Sequence record: JAKSYS010000061.1
DNA length: 32,000 nt
Reading direction: 5' to 3' (one strand)
Under the pieces are notes generated by a model that saw only the letters and a list, made by a program, of their open reading frames with translations, was not told the DNA's origin and ran no database searches. The position numbers were made by a program, and so were the translations under genes. This document shows, piece by piece, positions 22,269 through 32,000 of the stretch (position 1 is its first letter; each line of letters begins with the position of its first letter).

Positions 22269-25200
22269 TTATTCATTATCTTTTTGTTTATTTTTGTCTC
22301 TAGTTTCTTTAGCTTTAGTTCTATTTTCTTTAACTATATCATTGTACATTCTTAATAAGTAAGTCGTTTTAATTGGTCGTTGTTGTAACCACATTTTACC
22401 AAACAGTAAACCTGTTACACCATTGACAATATCTTTTGGTAATCTATGACGTGCAAATGCTATAAATCTAATAACATATAAAGCTAAGTAAAGACCATTT
22501 TTAATAATACTTACAAAGAATCGTACTATTGGGTTTTTAATATTAGGGAATCGTAAACGTTTAAATACTGGTTTAAAATCATATTCAACAACTTCACTCT
22601 TGGTTTTAGCTATACTAGTTTCAGTTTTTTCATCAACAATTTCTGGGGCTAATGAAGAAGGTAATATACGTTCACGTTCAGGTCGTTTTGGTTTTTCCCA
22701 TTGACCTAATGGATCATCTAAAGATTGGTCTACATCGTCATTAACATTAATATTTAAATTAACACTACTTGTATCAATTTCAATAGCTATCTCATCCGTG
22801 TAAGTTTCATCATCTGGAATTCCAAAAGGATTTTCATATTCTTGATCTAAATATTCAAATCTATCCCGCATATTTGTAAAGTTTTCTACTTTTTCTAATT
22901 CTGCCGTAACATCATTTACTGTCTTAGTCGAATTGGTATTAAACTCATTAGAATCTCCCGACCCACTAAATAGGCGATTAACCATCATTTTTCGTCCAGT
23001 TTTGTCTGTACTTGATGTTACTACCGCAGTATTTAAAATATCACGGACTTCACCAACCTCTTTTGTTGCCTTCATTTCAGCTTTTAATTGTTTTAACGTT
23101 TTACGTGTAACAATGATACTGGTACCAGGTTTTAAATCTTCAGATAAACAACGTTCAGCTAATTGGTCTTCTAAATAATGCATAATCACTCGGCGTAATG
23201 GTCGTGCTCCATAAATAGGATCATTACCTTCTTCTACTAATAATGCTCTTACAGGTTCACTTACAACTAGGTTAATGCCTTTATCTTTTAAACGATCAAT
23301 TAATTGTTTAATCATGATTGCTGAAATGTCCCAAATGTCATGTTTTGACAAGTGATTAAATACAATAATTTCATCAATACGGTTAAGAAACTCTGGACGG
23401 AAGAAATTTTTAAGTTCTTCTTTTACTAATTTGTTTACTTTTCTTACAATTTCCGCATCTTTTTCTACTTCAGTTTCAGGTTCCCAGTCTCCAAAAGGAT
23501 TATCATTAATCATTAATTTAAGTCCTGATGATTTAACATCATCTTTTGATTGAACACCACTTTCTCGTTCAATAATTTTTGAACCTAAATTAGTTGTCAT
23601 AACAATCATAGTATTTGTAAAATCAATTACTCTACCTTTAGAATCTGTAAGTCTACCATCATCTAAAATTTGTAACAATAAATTAAATACATCCGGATGA
23701 GCCTTTTCAACCTCATCTAATAAAACTACTGAATATGGTTTTGTACGAACGGCTTCTGTCAATTGACCACCTTCATTATAACCTACGTAACCTGGAGGTG
23801 AACCGATTAATTTAGCTACGGTATGTTTCTCCATATACTCAGACATATCTAAACGAATCATACTATTCTCATCACCAAACATGTACTCTGCTACTGCTTT
23901 TGTTAATTCTGTTTTTCCAACACCAGTAGGACCTGCAAAAATAAAACTGGCAATAGGACGATTAGGATTTCGTAACCCTACACGTGCACGACGAATAGCA
24001 TTTGAGACAGAAATTACAGCTTGTTGTTGGCCTATAATTCGTTCACGAATAATTTGCTCCATTTGTAATAAACGTTCAGACTCAGACCCAGTAATTTTAT
24101 TAACCGGAACACCTGTCCAATTAGAAACAACATTTGCAACATCATTCTCTAAAACTTTATCAATTTCTTTTCTATTAAATCCGCGCATTTCATCTGCTAA
24201 TGCAGATTGTTTCATAATACGAATATGAGTACGTAATTCCATTTCTCTATCAAATTGGTTTTGAGCAAGCGGAAAATTATGAGTTTTCATCGAATTCTCT
24301 TTTTCTTTGATTACTGTTTGAAGTTCATTCATTAAATTACGTAATCCTTCAGGTAATCGACGATTTTCCAATCTAACCCGGGCACCGGATTCATCTAATA
24401 CATCAATCGCTTTATCTGGTAAAAAACGATCTGGTATATATTTATCAGATAAAATCGCTGCCTGTTCAATAGCTTTGCGTTCGTATGTTAATGTATGATG
24501 TTGTTCAAATTTAGGTTTTAACCCTTGTAAGATTTCAATGGTTGTACCAACACTTGGTTCTTCTACTAAAACTGGCTGGAATCGACGTTCTAAAGCTGGA
24601 TCACGCTCAATATATTTTCTATATTCGTCTTTTGTTGTTGCACCAATACAACGGAATTTACCACGTGCTAGTGCGGGTTTCAAAATATTAGCTGCGTCAA
24701 CTGCACCTTCAGCAGCACCTGCACCTACTAAAGTATGAATTTCATCAATTACAATGATGACAGCACTGTCGTTTTGAACTTCTTCTACAATTCTTTTTAA
24801 TCTTTCTTCAAATTCACCACGATATTTTGTACCTGCTAAGATTGATCCCAAATCTAATGCCATAATTAAACTACCGTCTAAAAAATCTGGCACATTTTCA
24901 TTTAAAATTAATTGTGCTAAACCTTCAGCAACTGCTGTTTTACCTACACCCGGTTCGCCAATTAAAACTGGATTATTTTTTGTTCTTCTTGCTAATACAG
25001 CAATTAAATCGTTTATTTCTTTTTCTCTTCCGATAACTGGATCTAATTTACCATCAACGGCCTCTTTTGTAATATTTTCTGAGAATTCATCTAGAGTCGG
25101 TGTTTGGCTACCTTTACGCTCACGTTCTAACAAAAATTTTTCCGCTTGGGTTAATGGACGTAAAATTTCTTCTTGTGTTTCTTCAATATAACTAAAAATG

Positions 25201-25610
25201 ATATCACGTAACTTTTTAGTATCGACACCTAATTTATCTAAAGTACGCATAGCAACACCATCCGTTTCACCTAATAAAGCTAATAGGATATGTTCTGTTC
25301 CTACAAAATTTTGGCCAAGATCTTTACCTTCATTTACAGCCATTTCTAAAACGCGTTTAGCTCGAGGTGTAAAAGGTATTTCAGAAGCAACAAACCCTGT
25401 TCCTCTACCAATATACATTTCAATTTCTTTTCGAGCTTTTTTTAATGAAACTTTCATTTTTTTCAAAGCTTTTGCACCAATCCCATGGCGTTGTCCAATT
25501 ACCCCTAAAAGTAACTGTTCAGTTCCGACGAAGTTATGCCCCATTCTTCGTGCTTCTTCCTGAGATAGCATGATAACTTTAATTGCGCCTTCGGTAAAGC
25601 GTTCAAACAT
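22269..25610 (-). CDS. clpC: ATP-dependent Clp protease chaperone subunit ClpC (class I Hsp100, two AAA+ modules), 1113 aa, with an atypical C-terminal extension of about 270 aa
   Basis: The N-domain repeats are present ([13 protein letters not shown] and [13 protein letters not shown]). D1 has Walker A GEPGVGKT and Walker [10 protein letters not shown]2 has Walker A GPTGVGKT and Walker [12 protein letters not shown], plus GARPLRR. The canonical core ends near aa 840, and the frame stays open for roughly 270 more codons. Confidence 0.93.
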   Translation of the reverse strand: MFERFTEGAIKVIMLSQEEARRMGHNFVGTEQLLLGVIGQRHGIGAKALKKMKVSLKKARKEIEMYIGRGTGFVASEIPFTPRAKRVLEMAVNEGKDLGQNFVGTEHILLALLGETDGVAMRTLDKLGVDTKKLRDIIFSYIEETQEEILRPLTQAEKFLLERERKGSQTPTLDEFSENITKEAVDGKLDPVIGREKEINDLIAVLARRTKNNPVLIGEPGVGKTAVAEGLAQLILNENVPDFLDGSLIMALDLGSILAGTKYRGEFEERLKRIVEEVQNDSAVIIVIDEIHTLVGAGAAEGAVDAANILKPALARGKFRCIGATTKDEYRKYIERDPALERRFQPVLVEEPSVGTTIEILQGLKPKFEQHHTLTYERKAIEQAAILSDKYIPDRFLPDKAIDVLDESGARVRLENRRLPEGLRNLMNELQTVIKEKENSMKTHNFPLAQNQFDREMELRTHIRIMKQSALADEMRGFNRKEIDKVLENDVANVVSNWTGVPVNKITGSESERLLQMEQIIRERIIGQQQAVISVSNAIRRARVGLRNPNRPIASFIFAGPTGVGKTELTKAVAEYMFGDENSMIRLDMSEYMEKHTVAKLIGSPPGYVGYNEGGQLTEAVRTKPYSVVLLDEVEKAHPDVFNLLLQILDDGRLTDSKGRVIDFTNTMIVMTTNLGSKIIERESGVQSKDDVKSSGLKLMINDNPFGDWEPETEVEKDAEIVRKVNKLVKEELKNFFRPEFLNRIDEIIVFNHLSKHDIWDISAIMIKQLIDRLKDKGINLVVSEPVRALLVEEGNDPIYGARPLRRVIMHYLEDQLAERCLSEDLKPGTSIIVTRKTLKQLKAEMKATKEVGEVRDILNTAVVTSSTDKTGRKMMVNRLFSGSGDSNEFNTNSTKTVNDVTAELEKVENFTNMRDRFEYLDQEYENPFGIPDDETYTDEIAIEIDTSSVNLNINVNDDVDQSLDDPLGQWEKPKRPERERILPSSLAPEIVDEKTETSIAKTKSEVVEYDFKPVFKRLRFPNIKNPIVRFFVSIIKNGLYLALYVIRFIAFARHRLPKDIVNGVTGLLFGKMWLQQRPIKTTYLLRMYNDIVKENRTKAKETRDKNKQKDNE

Positions 25611-25896
25611 AATTTAATTTTCCTTTTTATTTAAAAAAATACTTTTGATCTACTACTGATAAAATAATTTTTTTCTATTTGTGTAATAGTAAATAGTATC
25701 ATAAATTACTAAGACTATCTACAATAAGTTACTTTTAAAATATATAAAGTTCAAGGTAAAGTAACCTTATATCGAACACTAATAAATTGAAATGAGTTAT
25801 TATTATATTCTATATAACATTATACAACTTAGTGCAAAAATTTATTAATATTTTTAAAATGTTTATTACTAGAAGGTGTTATTTTAAAATATATCT

Positions 25897-25967
25897 AGGC
25901 GACACCCAGATTCGAACTGGGGATCGAGGATTTGCAATCCACTGCCTTACCACTTGGCCATACCGCC
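25897..25967 (-). tRNA. trnC: tRNA-Cys (GCA)
   Basis: The reverse complement reads ggcggtatggccaagtggtaaggcagtggattGCAaatcctcgatccccagttcgaatctgggtgtcgcct. There is one U-U mismatch in the anticodon stem. Confidence 0.85.
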
Positions 25968-26026
25968 TATTATTGAAATAGTTATAAAAAGGGATTGTAC
26001 CATTATTAATTTATAAATTTCAACAG

Positions 26027-26064
26027 TTTAAAATGTTGGACTTTTGTTAGTCCAACATTTTAAA
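26027..26064. terminator. 15 bp stem / 8 nt loop hairpin just downstream of rps10, at the end of the ribosomal protein cluster
   Basis: tttaaaatgttggac (26027-26041) is the reverse complement of gtccaacattttaaa (26050-26064). Confidence 0.55.
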
Positions 26065-26069
26065 TCATT

Positions 26070-26399
26070 TTAATTTGAATTTGACACAGCTAATTTATAA
26101 AACACACCTGAAGGTAAATCTGCTTTTGATAATAAATCAAATAAGTTATCATTATTATCAGAATTGTAATAAATTTCTAAAATTCTTTTATGAGTACGAA
26201 CTTCAAAGTGCTCTCTTGAATCTTTATCTACATGAGGTGATCGTAAGACACAATAAATTCGCTTTTGTGTGGGTAATTTAACAATTCCTACGGAATTTAA
26301 TTCGATATTTTGTACAATATTCATCATTTTATTGCATGATGAATTTAATAATTCATGATTAAAAGATTCTAATCTGACCCGAATTTTTGAGTTTACCAT
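26070..26399 (-). CDS. rps10: Ribosomal protein S10, 109 aa
   Basis: KIRVRLESFNHELLNSSC...LPTQKRIYCVLRSPHVDKDSREHFEVRTHKRIL is the typical S10 core. Confidence 0.92.
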   Translation of the reverse strand: MVNSKIRVRLESFNHELLNSSCNKMMNIVQNIELNSVGIVKLPTQKRIYCVLRSPHVDKDSREHFEVRTHKRILEIYYNSDNNDNLFDLLSKADLPSGVFYKLAVSNSN

Positions 26400-26414
26400 A
26401 AAGAATAAAATTAA

Positions 26415-27644
26415 TTATTTAACAATTTTAGAAACAACACCTGCTCCAATTGTACGACCACCTTCACGAATCGCAAATCGCATACCTTCTTCAATTGCTA
26501 CTGGATAAATTAATTCAGCAGTCATTTTGATACGATCTCCAGGCATTACCATTTCAACAGTTGTACCATCATCTGATGTAAATTTAGTAATAGCACCTGT
26601 TACGTCAGTAGTTCTTACATAGAATTGAGGACGGTAACCTGTAAAGAATGGTGTATGACGGCCACCTTCATCTTTTGTTAAAACGTATACTTCAGATTCA
26701 AAAAGTGTATGAGGTGTGATTGTACCTGGTTTTGATAATACCATACCACGTTCAATATCATCACGTGTTGTACCACGTAATAAAATACCTACGTTATCTC
26801 CAGCAAAACCTTCATCTAAAGTTTTTTGGAACATTTCAATACCAGTAATTGTTGTTGTTTTTGTATCTCTAATACCAACGATTTCAACACTATCACCTAC
26901 TTTAATAATACCACGTTCGATACGACCTGTAGATACAGTACCACGACCAGTAATAGAGAAAACGTCTTCAATTGCCATTAAAAAAGTTTTTTCTGTATCA
27001 CGAACAGGAGTTGGAATATAAGCATCAACAGCATCCATTAAAGCGTAAATTTTATCAACCCATGGATTATCACCACGACGAACTTCAGGATTAGATGAAA
27101 TTACTTCAATAGCTTGTAATGCTGAACCTGGACAAATTGGTATATCATCACCAGGGAAATCATATGCAGAAAGAAGCTCACGAACTTCTAATTCAACTAA
27201 TTCTAATAATTCTGCATCATCAACTTGATCTTCTTTATTTAAGAATACTACGATATCAGGAACACCTACTTGTTTAGCTAATAAAATATGTTCACGTGTT
27301 TGTGGCATTGGACCGTCGGCAGCCGATACTACTAAAATAGCACCGTCCATTTGAGCAGCACCCGTAATCATATTTTTTACGTAATCTGCGTGACCTGGAC
27401 AATCTACGTGTGCATAATGACGTGCTTCTGTTTCATACTCAACGTGAGCTGTATTAATAGTAATACCACGAGCACGTTCTTCTGGAGCACCATCAATATC
27501 AGAATACGCTTTCGCTACACCATTACCTTCTAATGCCATTGTTGCTGTAATTGCAGCGGTTAATGTAGTTTTACCATGATCAACGTGGCCTATTGTTCCA
27601 ATATTAACATGGGGTTTTGTACGTTCAAATTTTTCACGTGCCAT
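26415..27644 (-). CDS. tufA: Elongation factor Tu, 409 aa
   Basis: [36 protein letters not shown] and NKED are the GTPase motifs. Confidence 0.98.
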   Translation of the reverse strand: MAREKFERTKPHVNIGTIGHVDHGKTTLTAAITATMALEGNGVAKAYSDIDGAPEERARGITINTAHVEYETEARHYAHVDCPGHADYVKNMITGAAQMDGAILVVSAADGPMPQTREHILLAKQVGVPDIVVFLNKEDQVDDAELLELVELEVRELLSAYDFPGDDIPICPGSALQAIEVISSNPEVRRGDNPWVDKIYALMDAVDAYIPTPVRDTEKTFLMAIEDVFSITGRGTVSTGRIERGIIKVGDSVEIVGIRDTKTTTITGIEMFQKTLDEGFAGDNVGILLRGTTRDDIERGMVLSKPGTITPHTLFESEVYVLTKDEGGRHTPFFTGYRPQFYVRTTDVTGAITKFTSDDGTTVEMVMPGDRIKMTAELIYPVAIEEGMRFAIREGGRTIGAGVVSKIVK

Positions 27645-27723
27645 AATTTAATTTTTAAATTTAATTTGTTTATATATAAATAGAGAATACTTTTAGGCTT
27701 TTAGCGAGATTTTAAATTTATTC

Positions 27724-28192
27724 CTAGTAGCGGAAATGTGCAAAAGCTTTATTTGCTTCTGCCATTTTATGTGTTTCTTCTTTTTTCTTTATAGTATTAC
27801 CAATTTCATTCGATGTGTCAATAATTTCATTAGCTAATTTAATAGCCATAGATCTACCCACTCGTTGATTAGAATATCTTATAATCCAACGTAATGAAAG
27901 ATTGGTAGCCCTGAATCCACTAACTTCAATAGGAACTTGATAAGTAGATCCACCAACACGTCTTGCTTTAACTTCAACAAGAGGGCTAGAATTTTGAATC
28001 GCTTTTTCAAAAACTGCTAAAGGATCTTGATCAGTTTTTTTGTTAATTATTTCGAACGCTTGATAGACAATATTTTTAGCTAAATTCTTTTTACCTGATT
28101 TTAAAATTCGGGCAATAAGTAAACTTACAAGATAACTATTGTAAAGTGAATCTGGTTGTGGAAATCGTTTTTGAAATATTTCGACGAGACAT
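27724..28192 (-). CDS. rps7: Ribosomal protein S7. As given, it is frame-disrupted 8 codons in, at a 5-nt A/T run (28168-28172).
   Basis: The start frame gives [18 protein letters not shown]. After the run, the shifted frame gives [41 protein letters not shown]...[19 protein letters not shown]...[13 protein letters not shown]. The span is 469 nt (3n+1). It is absent from the ORF track because of the shift. Confidence 0.88.
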
Positions 28193-28227
28193 AATTATTT
28201 ATTTAATATTTATATAAATATATATTT

Positions 28228-28608
28228 TTATTTATCACCTTTTGGTTTTTTTACACCATATTTTGAACGGCCTTGAGTTCTAGATTTAACACCACCGGTA
28301 TCTAATGCTCCACGAATTATATGATAACGAACACCAGGTAAATCTTTAACCCTTCCCCCACGAATTAAAACAACAGAGTGTTCTTGTAAATTATGGCCAA
28401 TTCCTGGTATGTATGCTGTAACTTCAAATCCTGAAGTCAAACGTACCCTTGCTACTTTTCGAATCGCTGAGTTAGGTTTTTTTGGTGTTGTTGTATAAAC
28501 TCTTGTACAAACACCTCTTCGTTGTGGGCATTTTACTAGAGCTGGGCATTTAGTTTTCTTTTTTATTTGAATACGTCTTGAACGAACTAATTGTTGTATT
28601 GTTGGCAT
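28228..28608 (-). CDS. rps12: Ribosomal protein S12, 126 aa
   Basis: [12 protein letters not shown]...[52 protein letters not shown]. Confidence 0.98.
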   Translation of the reverse strand: MPTIQQLVRSRRIQIKKKTKCPALVKCPQRRGVCTRVYTTTPKKPNSAIRKVARVRLTSGFEVTAYIPGIGHNLQEHSVVLIRGGRVKDLPGVRYHIIRGALDTGGVKSRTQGRSKYGVKKPKGDK

Positions 28609-28657
28609 ATAATTTAACTTTTAAATTAAGATCTAGTTTTTTATTAATCAGTGTAAT

Positions 28658-28857
28658 CTAATTGATATTTTTCATAAATTTCTCCACTCGCCCTTCGCTA
28701 TCAATCATCACAGCAGAATCATTATAAAAGGGTGGTTTGCTAACCATATATCAATTTGTAATTCACGTCTTGTAGAACCAATAAGACAAAGTGGCTTTCC
28801 ATCACAAAGTATAGGTGTTTCAGTAAACCATTGAGGATGTAGATCAGGTTTTGGCAT
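28658..28857 (-). CDS. rpl31: Ribosomal protein L31. As given, it is frame-disrupted by an apparent 1-nt deficit at A run 28726-28729.
   Basis: The start frame gives MPKPDLHPQWFTETPILCDGKPLCLIGSTRRELQIDIWLANHPF then IMILL*. The adjacent frame continues YNDSAVMIDSEGRVEKFMKNIN*, which is the expected L31 C-terminus. The span is 200 nt (3n+2). Confidence 0.85.
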
Positions 28858-28878
28858 ATTCTTTCTATAATTATTAAA

Positions 28879-29295
28879 TTAACGTTTAGAGTATTGTGGT
28901 GCTTTTCGTGCTTTTCTTAAACCATATTTTTTACGTTCTTTAATTCGTGCATCACGCGTTAAAAATCCATAAGGTTTTAAAATTTGACGATTTGTAGCTT
29001 CTATTTTACATAACAGTCTAGCAACGCCTAACTGAATTGCTTCTGTTTGACCTGTAAGACCACCACCTTTAACTATTGCAATGATATCAAATTGAGTTTC
29101 TAATTGCAATTTTTCTAAAGGAGCTTTTACCATATTTAGGTAACTGGGATTATATTGTAAATACTTTTCTCCAGGAACTTTGTTGATAATAATTTTACCA
29201 CCACCAGGAACTAAAAAAACACGAGCCACGGCTTCTTTGCGTTTTCCCAGTCCGATATTATGTTTTTGAAAAACTAATTTTGTATCAGTATTCAT
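28879..29295 (-). CDS. rps9: Ribosomal protein S9, 138 aa
   Basis: [23 protein letters not shown]...[19 protein letters not shown]...[27 protein letters not shown]. Confidence 0.95.
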   Translation of the reverse strand: MNTDTKLVFQKHNIGLGKRKEAVARVFLVPGGGKIIINKVPGEKYLQYNPSYLNMVKAPLEKLQLETQFDIIAIVKGGGLTGQTEAIQLGVARLLCKIEATNRQILKPYGFLTRDARIKERKKYGLRKARKAPQYSKR

Positions 29296-29360
29296 AGAAT
29301 TTTAAATTTAATTAATACTTAGTTTGTAATGTCTTTTTTACTTAAAGTTATAAATCTAAT

Positions 29361-29819
29361 TTATAGATTTATTTTATTATCAAAAGACATATTAGTTAAA
29401 TCCAATTTAATTGGATTTTGTGCCATGTGAGGATGATTTTCATCAGTATATATATTTAAGCGTCTCATTAAACGCTTTGTTTCTGTCGTAGATAACATAC
29501 CTTTGATTGATCTCTCAATAGTTAGTTGTGGAAGCGAATCAATAGCATTTTTAATTGTTAAAGCACTTCCAACACGACCAGGATTATTAACAATATAATG
29601 TTTACTATTTTTGTTTACAATTATTGCATCAGCGTTTATTAAAATTACATAATCACCAATATCAGTTGCAGGATAATAATGAGGTTTAATTTTTCCTTTC
29701 AATAATGCTACAATTATTGTTGATAAACGTCCTAACTTCTGACCTTTACAATCAATAATAAACCAATTTCGAGTTTCATATTTCGAACTTGGTAAAAATG
29801 TTTTGTTTAGGGAATTCAT
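29361..29819 (-). CDS. rpl13: Ribosomal protein L13, 152 aa
   Basis: RNWFIIDCKGQKLGRLSTIIVALLKGKIKPHY...GDYVILINADAI... is the typical L13 N-terminal half. It sits between rpoA and rps9. Confidence 0.9.
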   Translation of the reverse strand: MNSLNKTFLPSSKYETRNWFIIDCKGQKLGRLSTIIVALLKGKIKPHYYPATDIGDYVILINADAIIVNKNSKHYIVNNPGRVGSALTIKNAIDSLPQLTIERSIKGMLSTTETKRLMRRLNIYTDENHPHMAQNPIKLDLTNMSFDNKINL

Positions 29820-29855
29820 ATATTTTTTTAATTAATACTTAATAGAAATATTAAA

Positions 29856-30809
29856 TTAATCATTCTGAACACTTTTTTTCAGAATAATATTTAATTTATT
29901 TTTTAAAGTAGAAAATACTTCGTCAGCAGATTTTCGACCAAAATTTTTAAGTTCTTGTAACTGTTCAGGAGAATATTGTAATAAATCTCCTACAGTATTT
30001 ATTTTTGCTTTTTTTAAACAATTATATGCACGCACTGATAATTGTAATTCTTCAATAGCAATATTTGTATATGGTTCTATACTTAATGAACCATTATTTG
30101 TTTTTGGTTCTATTATTTCTAGAGTATTTTTTGTTTCAATCAAAGAAGTAAATAAATTAATGATGAGTTGACAAGCTTTTTTCAATGCATCAATAGGTTT
30201 AATACTTCCATTTGTCCAAATTTCAATAAATAATCTTTCTGAAATAGAATTATCATTGTCATAAACGTTTTCAATTTTAAAATTTACTTTTTGAACAGGC
30301 ATAAATATACTATCAATTTGAAGAAAATTTTTGTCTTCATCTGTAAACATCTGTGATGCTAATTTATAACCTGTCCCATATTCAATTTTGAATTCTATTT
30401 CTAGATTGATCGAAGTTGAAATTGTAGCTATGTAATGATTTGAATTAACAATTTCTAATCCTGTGGGCAAACTAATTAAATCTGCAGTAACAACTAAAGG
30501 ACCTTGGACTTTTAAACGACCAAATTTAACATCAGTTGTGTTACTTTTAATTACTATACCTTTCAGATTTAATAATATTTCTAAAATATCTTCTCGAACT
30601 CCTGGAATAGTTGCGAACTCGTGTCGAATGCCGACAATACGAACAGCAGATATTGCAGTACCTCCTAAATCACCTAATAATACTCTTCTTAAGTGATTTC
30701 CAATAGTTATTCCTTGCCCAGGTTCTAATTGATTAATTAAAAATTGTCCATAACAAACACCTGATTGAAGTTTTTCTGATTTTAAAGGCTTAAAATATAA
30801 ATTGTTCAT
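29856..30809 (-). CDS. rpoA: DNA-directed RNA polymerase alpha subunit, 317 aa
   Basis: GQGITIGNHLRRVLLGDLGGTAISAVRI... forms the N-terminal domain. The C-terminal domain contains IEELQLSVRAYNCLKKAKINTVGDLL. Confidence 0.93.
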   Translation of the reverse strand: MNNLYFKPLKSEKLQSGVCYGQFLINQLEPGQGITIGNHLRRVLLGDLGGTAISAVRIVGIRHEFATIPGVREDILEILLNLKGIVIKSNTTDVKFGRLKVQGPLVVTADLISLPTGLEIVNSNHYIATISTSINLEIEFKIEYGTGYKLASQMFTDEDKNFLQIDSIFMPVQKVNFKIENVYDNDNSISERLFIEIWTNGSIKPIDALKKACQLIINLFTSLIETKNTLEIIEPKTNNGSLSIEPYTNIAIEELQLSVRAYNCLKKAKINTVGDLLQYSPEQLQELKNFGRKSADEVFSTLKNKLNIILKKSVQND

Positions 30810-30844
30810 CTTAAAATATTAAAAATTAATTAGAAATTTAAAAA

Positions 30845-31223
30845 TTAAACACGACGCTTTTTAGGAGGTCGACAGCCATTATGTGGAACAGATGTAATAT
30901 CTTCAATTGAACTAATTTCAAATCCTGCTGCTTCAATAGCACGAATAGCGGTCTCACGACCCGATCCTTGACCTTTCACTAAAATATTAACACTTTTCAT
31001 ACCAGTACTTACTGCTTCAAGAGCAGCTTTTTCTGCTGCAGTTTGTGCGGCAAATGGTGTACTTTTTCGTGCACCTTTAAAACCAGAACTTCCAGCAGAA
31101 GCCCATGAAACTGTATCACCTACTAAATTAGTAATTGTTACTATAGTATTGTTAAAAGTAGATTGAATATGAACAACCCCTTTAACAAAATTATTTTTAT
31201 CTTTTTTTATTTGTTTGAGCCAT
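30845..31223 (-). CDS. rps11: Ribosomal protein S11. As given, it is frame-disrupted 7 codons in, at a 7-nt A/T run (31202-31208).
   Basis: The start frame gives MAQTNKKR*. The adjacent frame gives [60 protein letters not shown]...[17 protein letters not shown]. The span is 379 nt (3n+1). It is absent from the ORF track because of the shift. Confidence 0.88.
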
Positions 31224-31259
31224 GGGAAAATAAAACTTTAATGGTTAATTCAAATATTA

Positions 31260-31637
31260 TTATTTCTTTTTATTTGTAACGGTTTTTTTAGAGCCACGTC
31301 TTGCTCTTGCATTTGTTCGTGTACGTTGGCCACGAACAGGAAGACTATTACGGTGGCGTTTTCCACGATGACAATTAATTTCATTTAATCGTTTAATATT
31401 TAAACCATTAAATCTTCTAAGATCACCTTCTAATTTTAAATCTAAGGCTGGATCTTCTATTGCTTCACGTAAAGCTACAGTTTCTTCTGTTGTTATATCA
31501 TTCGTTCTTGTTTCAGGATTAATATTTGCTACTTCGATAATTTTTTTAGCCGAAGTAAGACCAATTCCATGAATATATGTAAGAGCGTATGCAATTCGTT
31601 TATTTCTTGGTAAATCAACACCAACTAATCTAACCAT
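31260..31637 (-). CDS. rps13: Ribosomal protein S13, 125 aa
   Basis: [33 protein letters not shown]...[24 protein letters not shown]. Confidence 0.96.
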   Translation of the reverse strand: MVRLVGVDLPRNKRIAYALTYIHGIGLTSAKKIIEVANINPETRTNDITTEETVALREAIEDPALDLKLEGDLRRFNGLNIKRLNEINCHRGKRHRNSLPVRGQRTRTNARARRGSKKTVTNKKK

Positions 31638-31658
31638 TATATTAACTCCTTTTAAATA

Positions 31659-31772
31659 TTATCCCTGACGTTGTTTATGTTTTGGATTAGAACAAATTAC
31701 CATAATTCTACCATGTCGTTTAATTACCCGACATTTATCACACATTTTTTTAACTGATGGACGAACTTTCAT
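31659..31772 (-). CDS. rpl36: Ribosomal protein L36, 37 aa
   Basis: Hand translation gives [37 protein letters not shown]. Confidence 0.95.
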   Translation of the reverse strand: MKVRPSVKKMCDKCRVIKRHGRIMVICSNPKHKQRQG

Positions 31773-31784
31773 TATAAATTTTAG

Positions 31785-32000
31785 TTATAATTTAAATGTA
31801 TTTTTTTTTTTGTAAATATTTGAATATATAATATCATCAACTTCTTTTGAAATATCTACTAGAACACCTGCCATAATTAACAATGAAGTTGTACTTAATC
31901 CATTTAAACTTGAGATTTGAAGTATAACTTCAATTACGTTAGGAAGAGTTGCAAGCAAGGCCAAAATAACTGCTCCTAAAACTGTTAACCGATTCATTAC
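31785..32000 (-). CDS. secY: Preprotein translocase SecY, C-terminal part only (the gene continues beyond the window end)
   Basis: ...LATLPNVIEVILQ...GLSTTSLLIMAGVLVDISKEVDDIIYSNIY resembles the SecY TM10 / C-terminal motif (G.TSLLI.VGV..D). It sits upstream of rpl36, as in plastid and bacterial spc-alpha clusters. Confidence 0.8.
   Translation of the reverse strand, partial: VMNRLTVLGAVILALLATLPNVIEVILQISSLNGLSTTSLLIMAGVLVDISKEVDDIIYSNIYKKKNTFKL

Noticed and set aside
22933-25563. Plus-strand ORFs lie antisense to clpC (22933-23178, 23881-24228, 24538-24738, 25198-25563). Similar shadow ORFs overlap other genes: 26716-27021 and 27351-27533 in tufA, 26075-26281 in rps10, 30463-30696 in rpoA, 19774-19956 and 20378-20587 in ccsA, and 21631-21825 in thiG.
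   Set aside because: These are shadow ORFs of long conserved genes. Their Ser/Pro/Thr-rich nonsense composition is typical of antisense frames.

Overview
This window is a gene-dense, AT-rich, intron-free piece of a plastid genome from a red-algal-derived secondary plastid. Gene content and order fit a diatom or other heterokont best: ycf12-psbZ-trnG-trnE, psbEFLJ, ycf4, psaL-cbbX-ycf39-ycf41-psbI-psaF-psaJ, psaA-psaB, and trnP followed by a ycf89-like ORF and rrs-trnI-trnA-rrl-rrf-psbY. These are followed by psaC, ccsA, rps6, trnN, thiG, clpC, trnC, and the distal end of the large ribosomal-protein cluster (secY-rpl36-rps13-rps11-rpoA-rpl13-rps9-rpl31-rps12-rps7-tufA-rps10). I found no CRISPR array, mobile element, defence island or foreign insertion, and I do not see a convincing new biological system. 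Five things deserve a second look. (1) Six single-nucleotide frame disruptions hit otherwise conserved genes (psaB, rps7, rpl31, rps11, and twice in the ycf89-like ORF), and every one sits in a mononucleotide run. The most likely cause is homopolymer base-calling error, but this needs checking. (2) clpC is unusually long at 1113 aa. It carries about 270 extra C-terminal residues (acidic tract, hydrophobic helix, basic tail) and a diverged loop where the ClpP-docking motif normally lies. (3) A 436 aa multi-pass membrane ORF has no family I can recognise. (4) The ycf89-like ORF carries a YggT/Ycf19-like motif. (5) Perfect AT-rich palindromes follow nearly every transcription-unit 3' end, including a 54 bp palindrome that exactly fills a convergent intergenic gap. 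All small genes and all frameshift junctions were translated by hand. rRNA ends are approximate.
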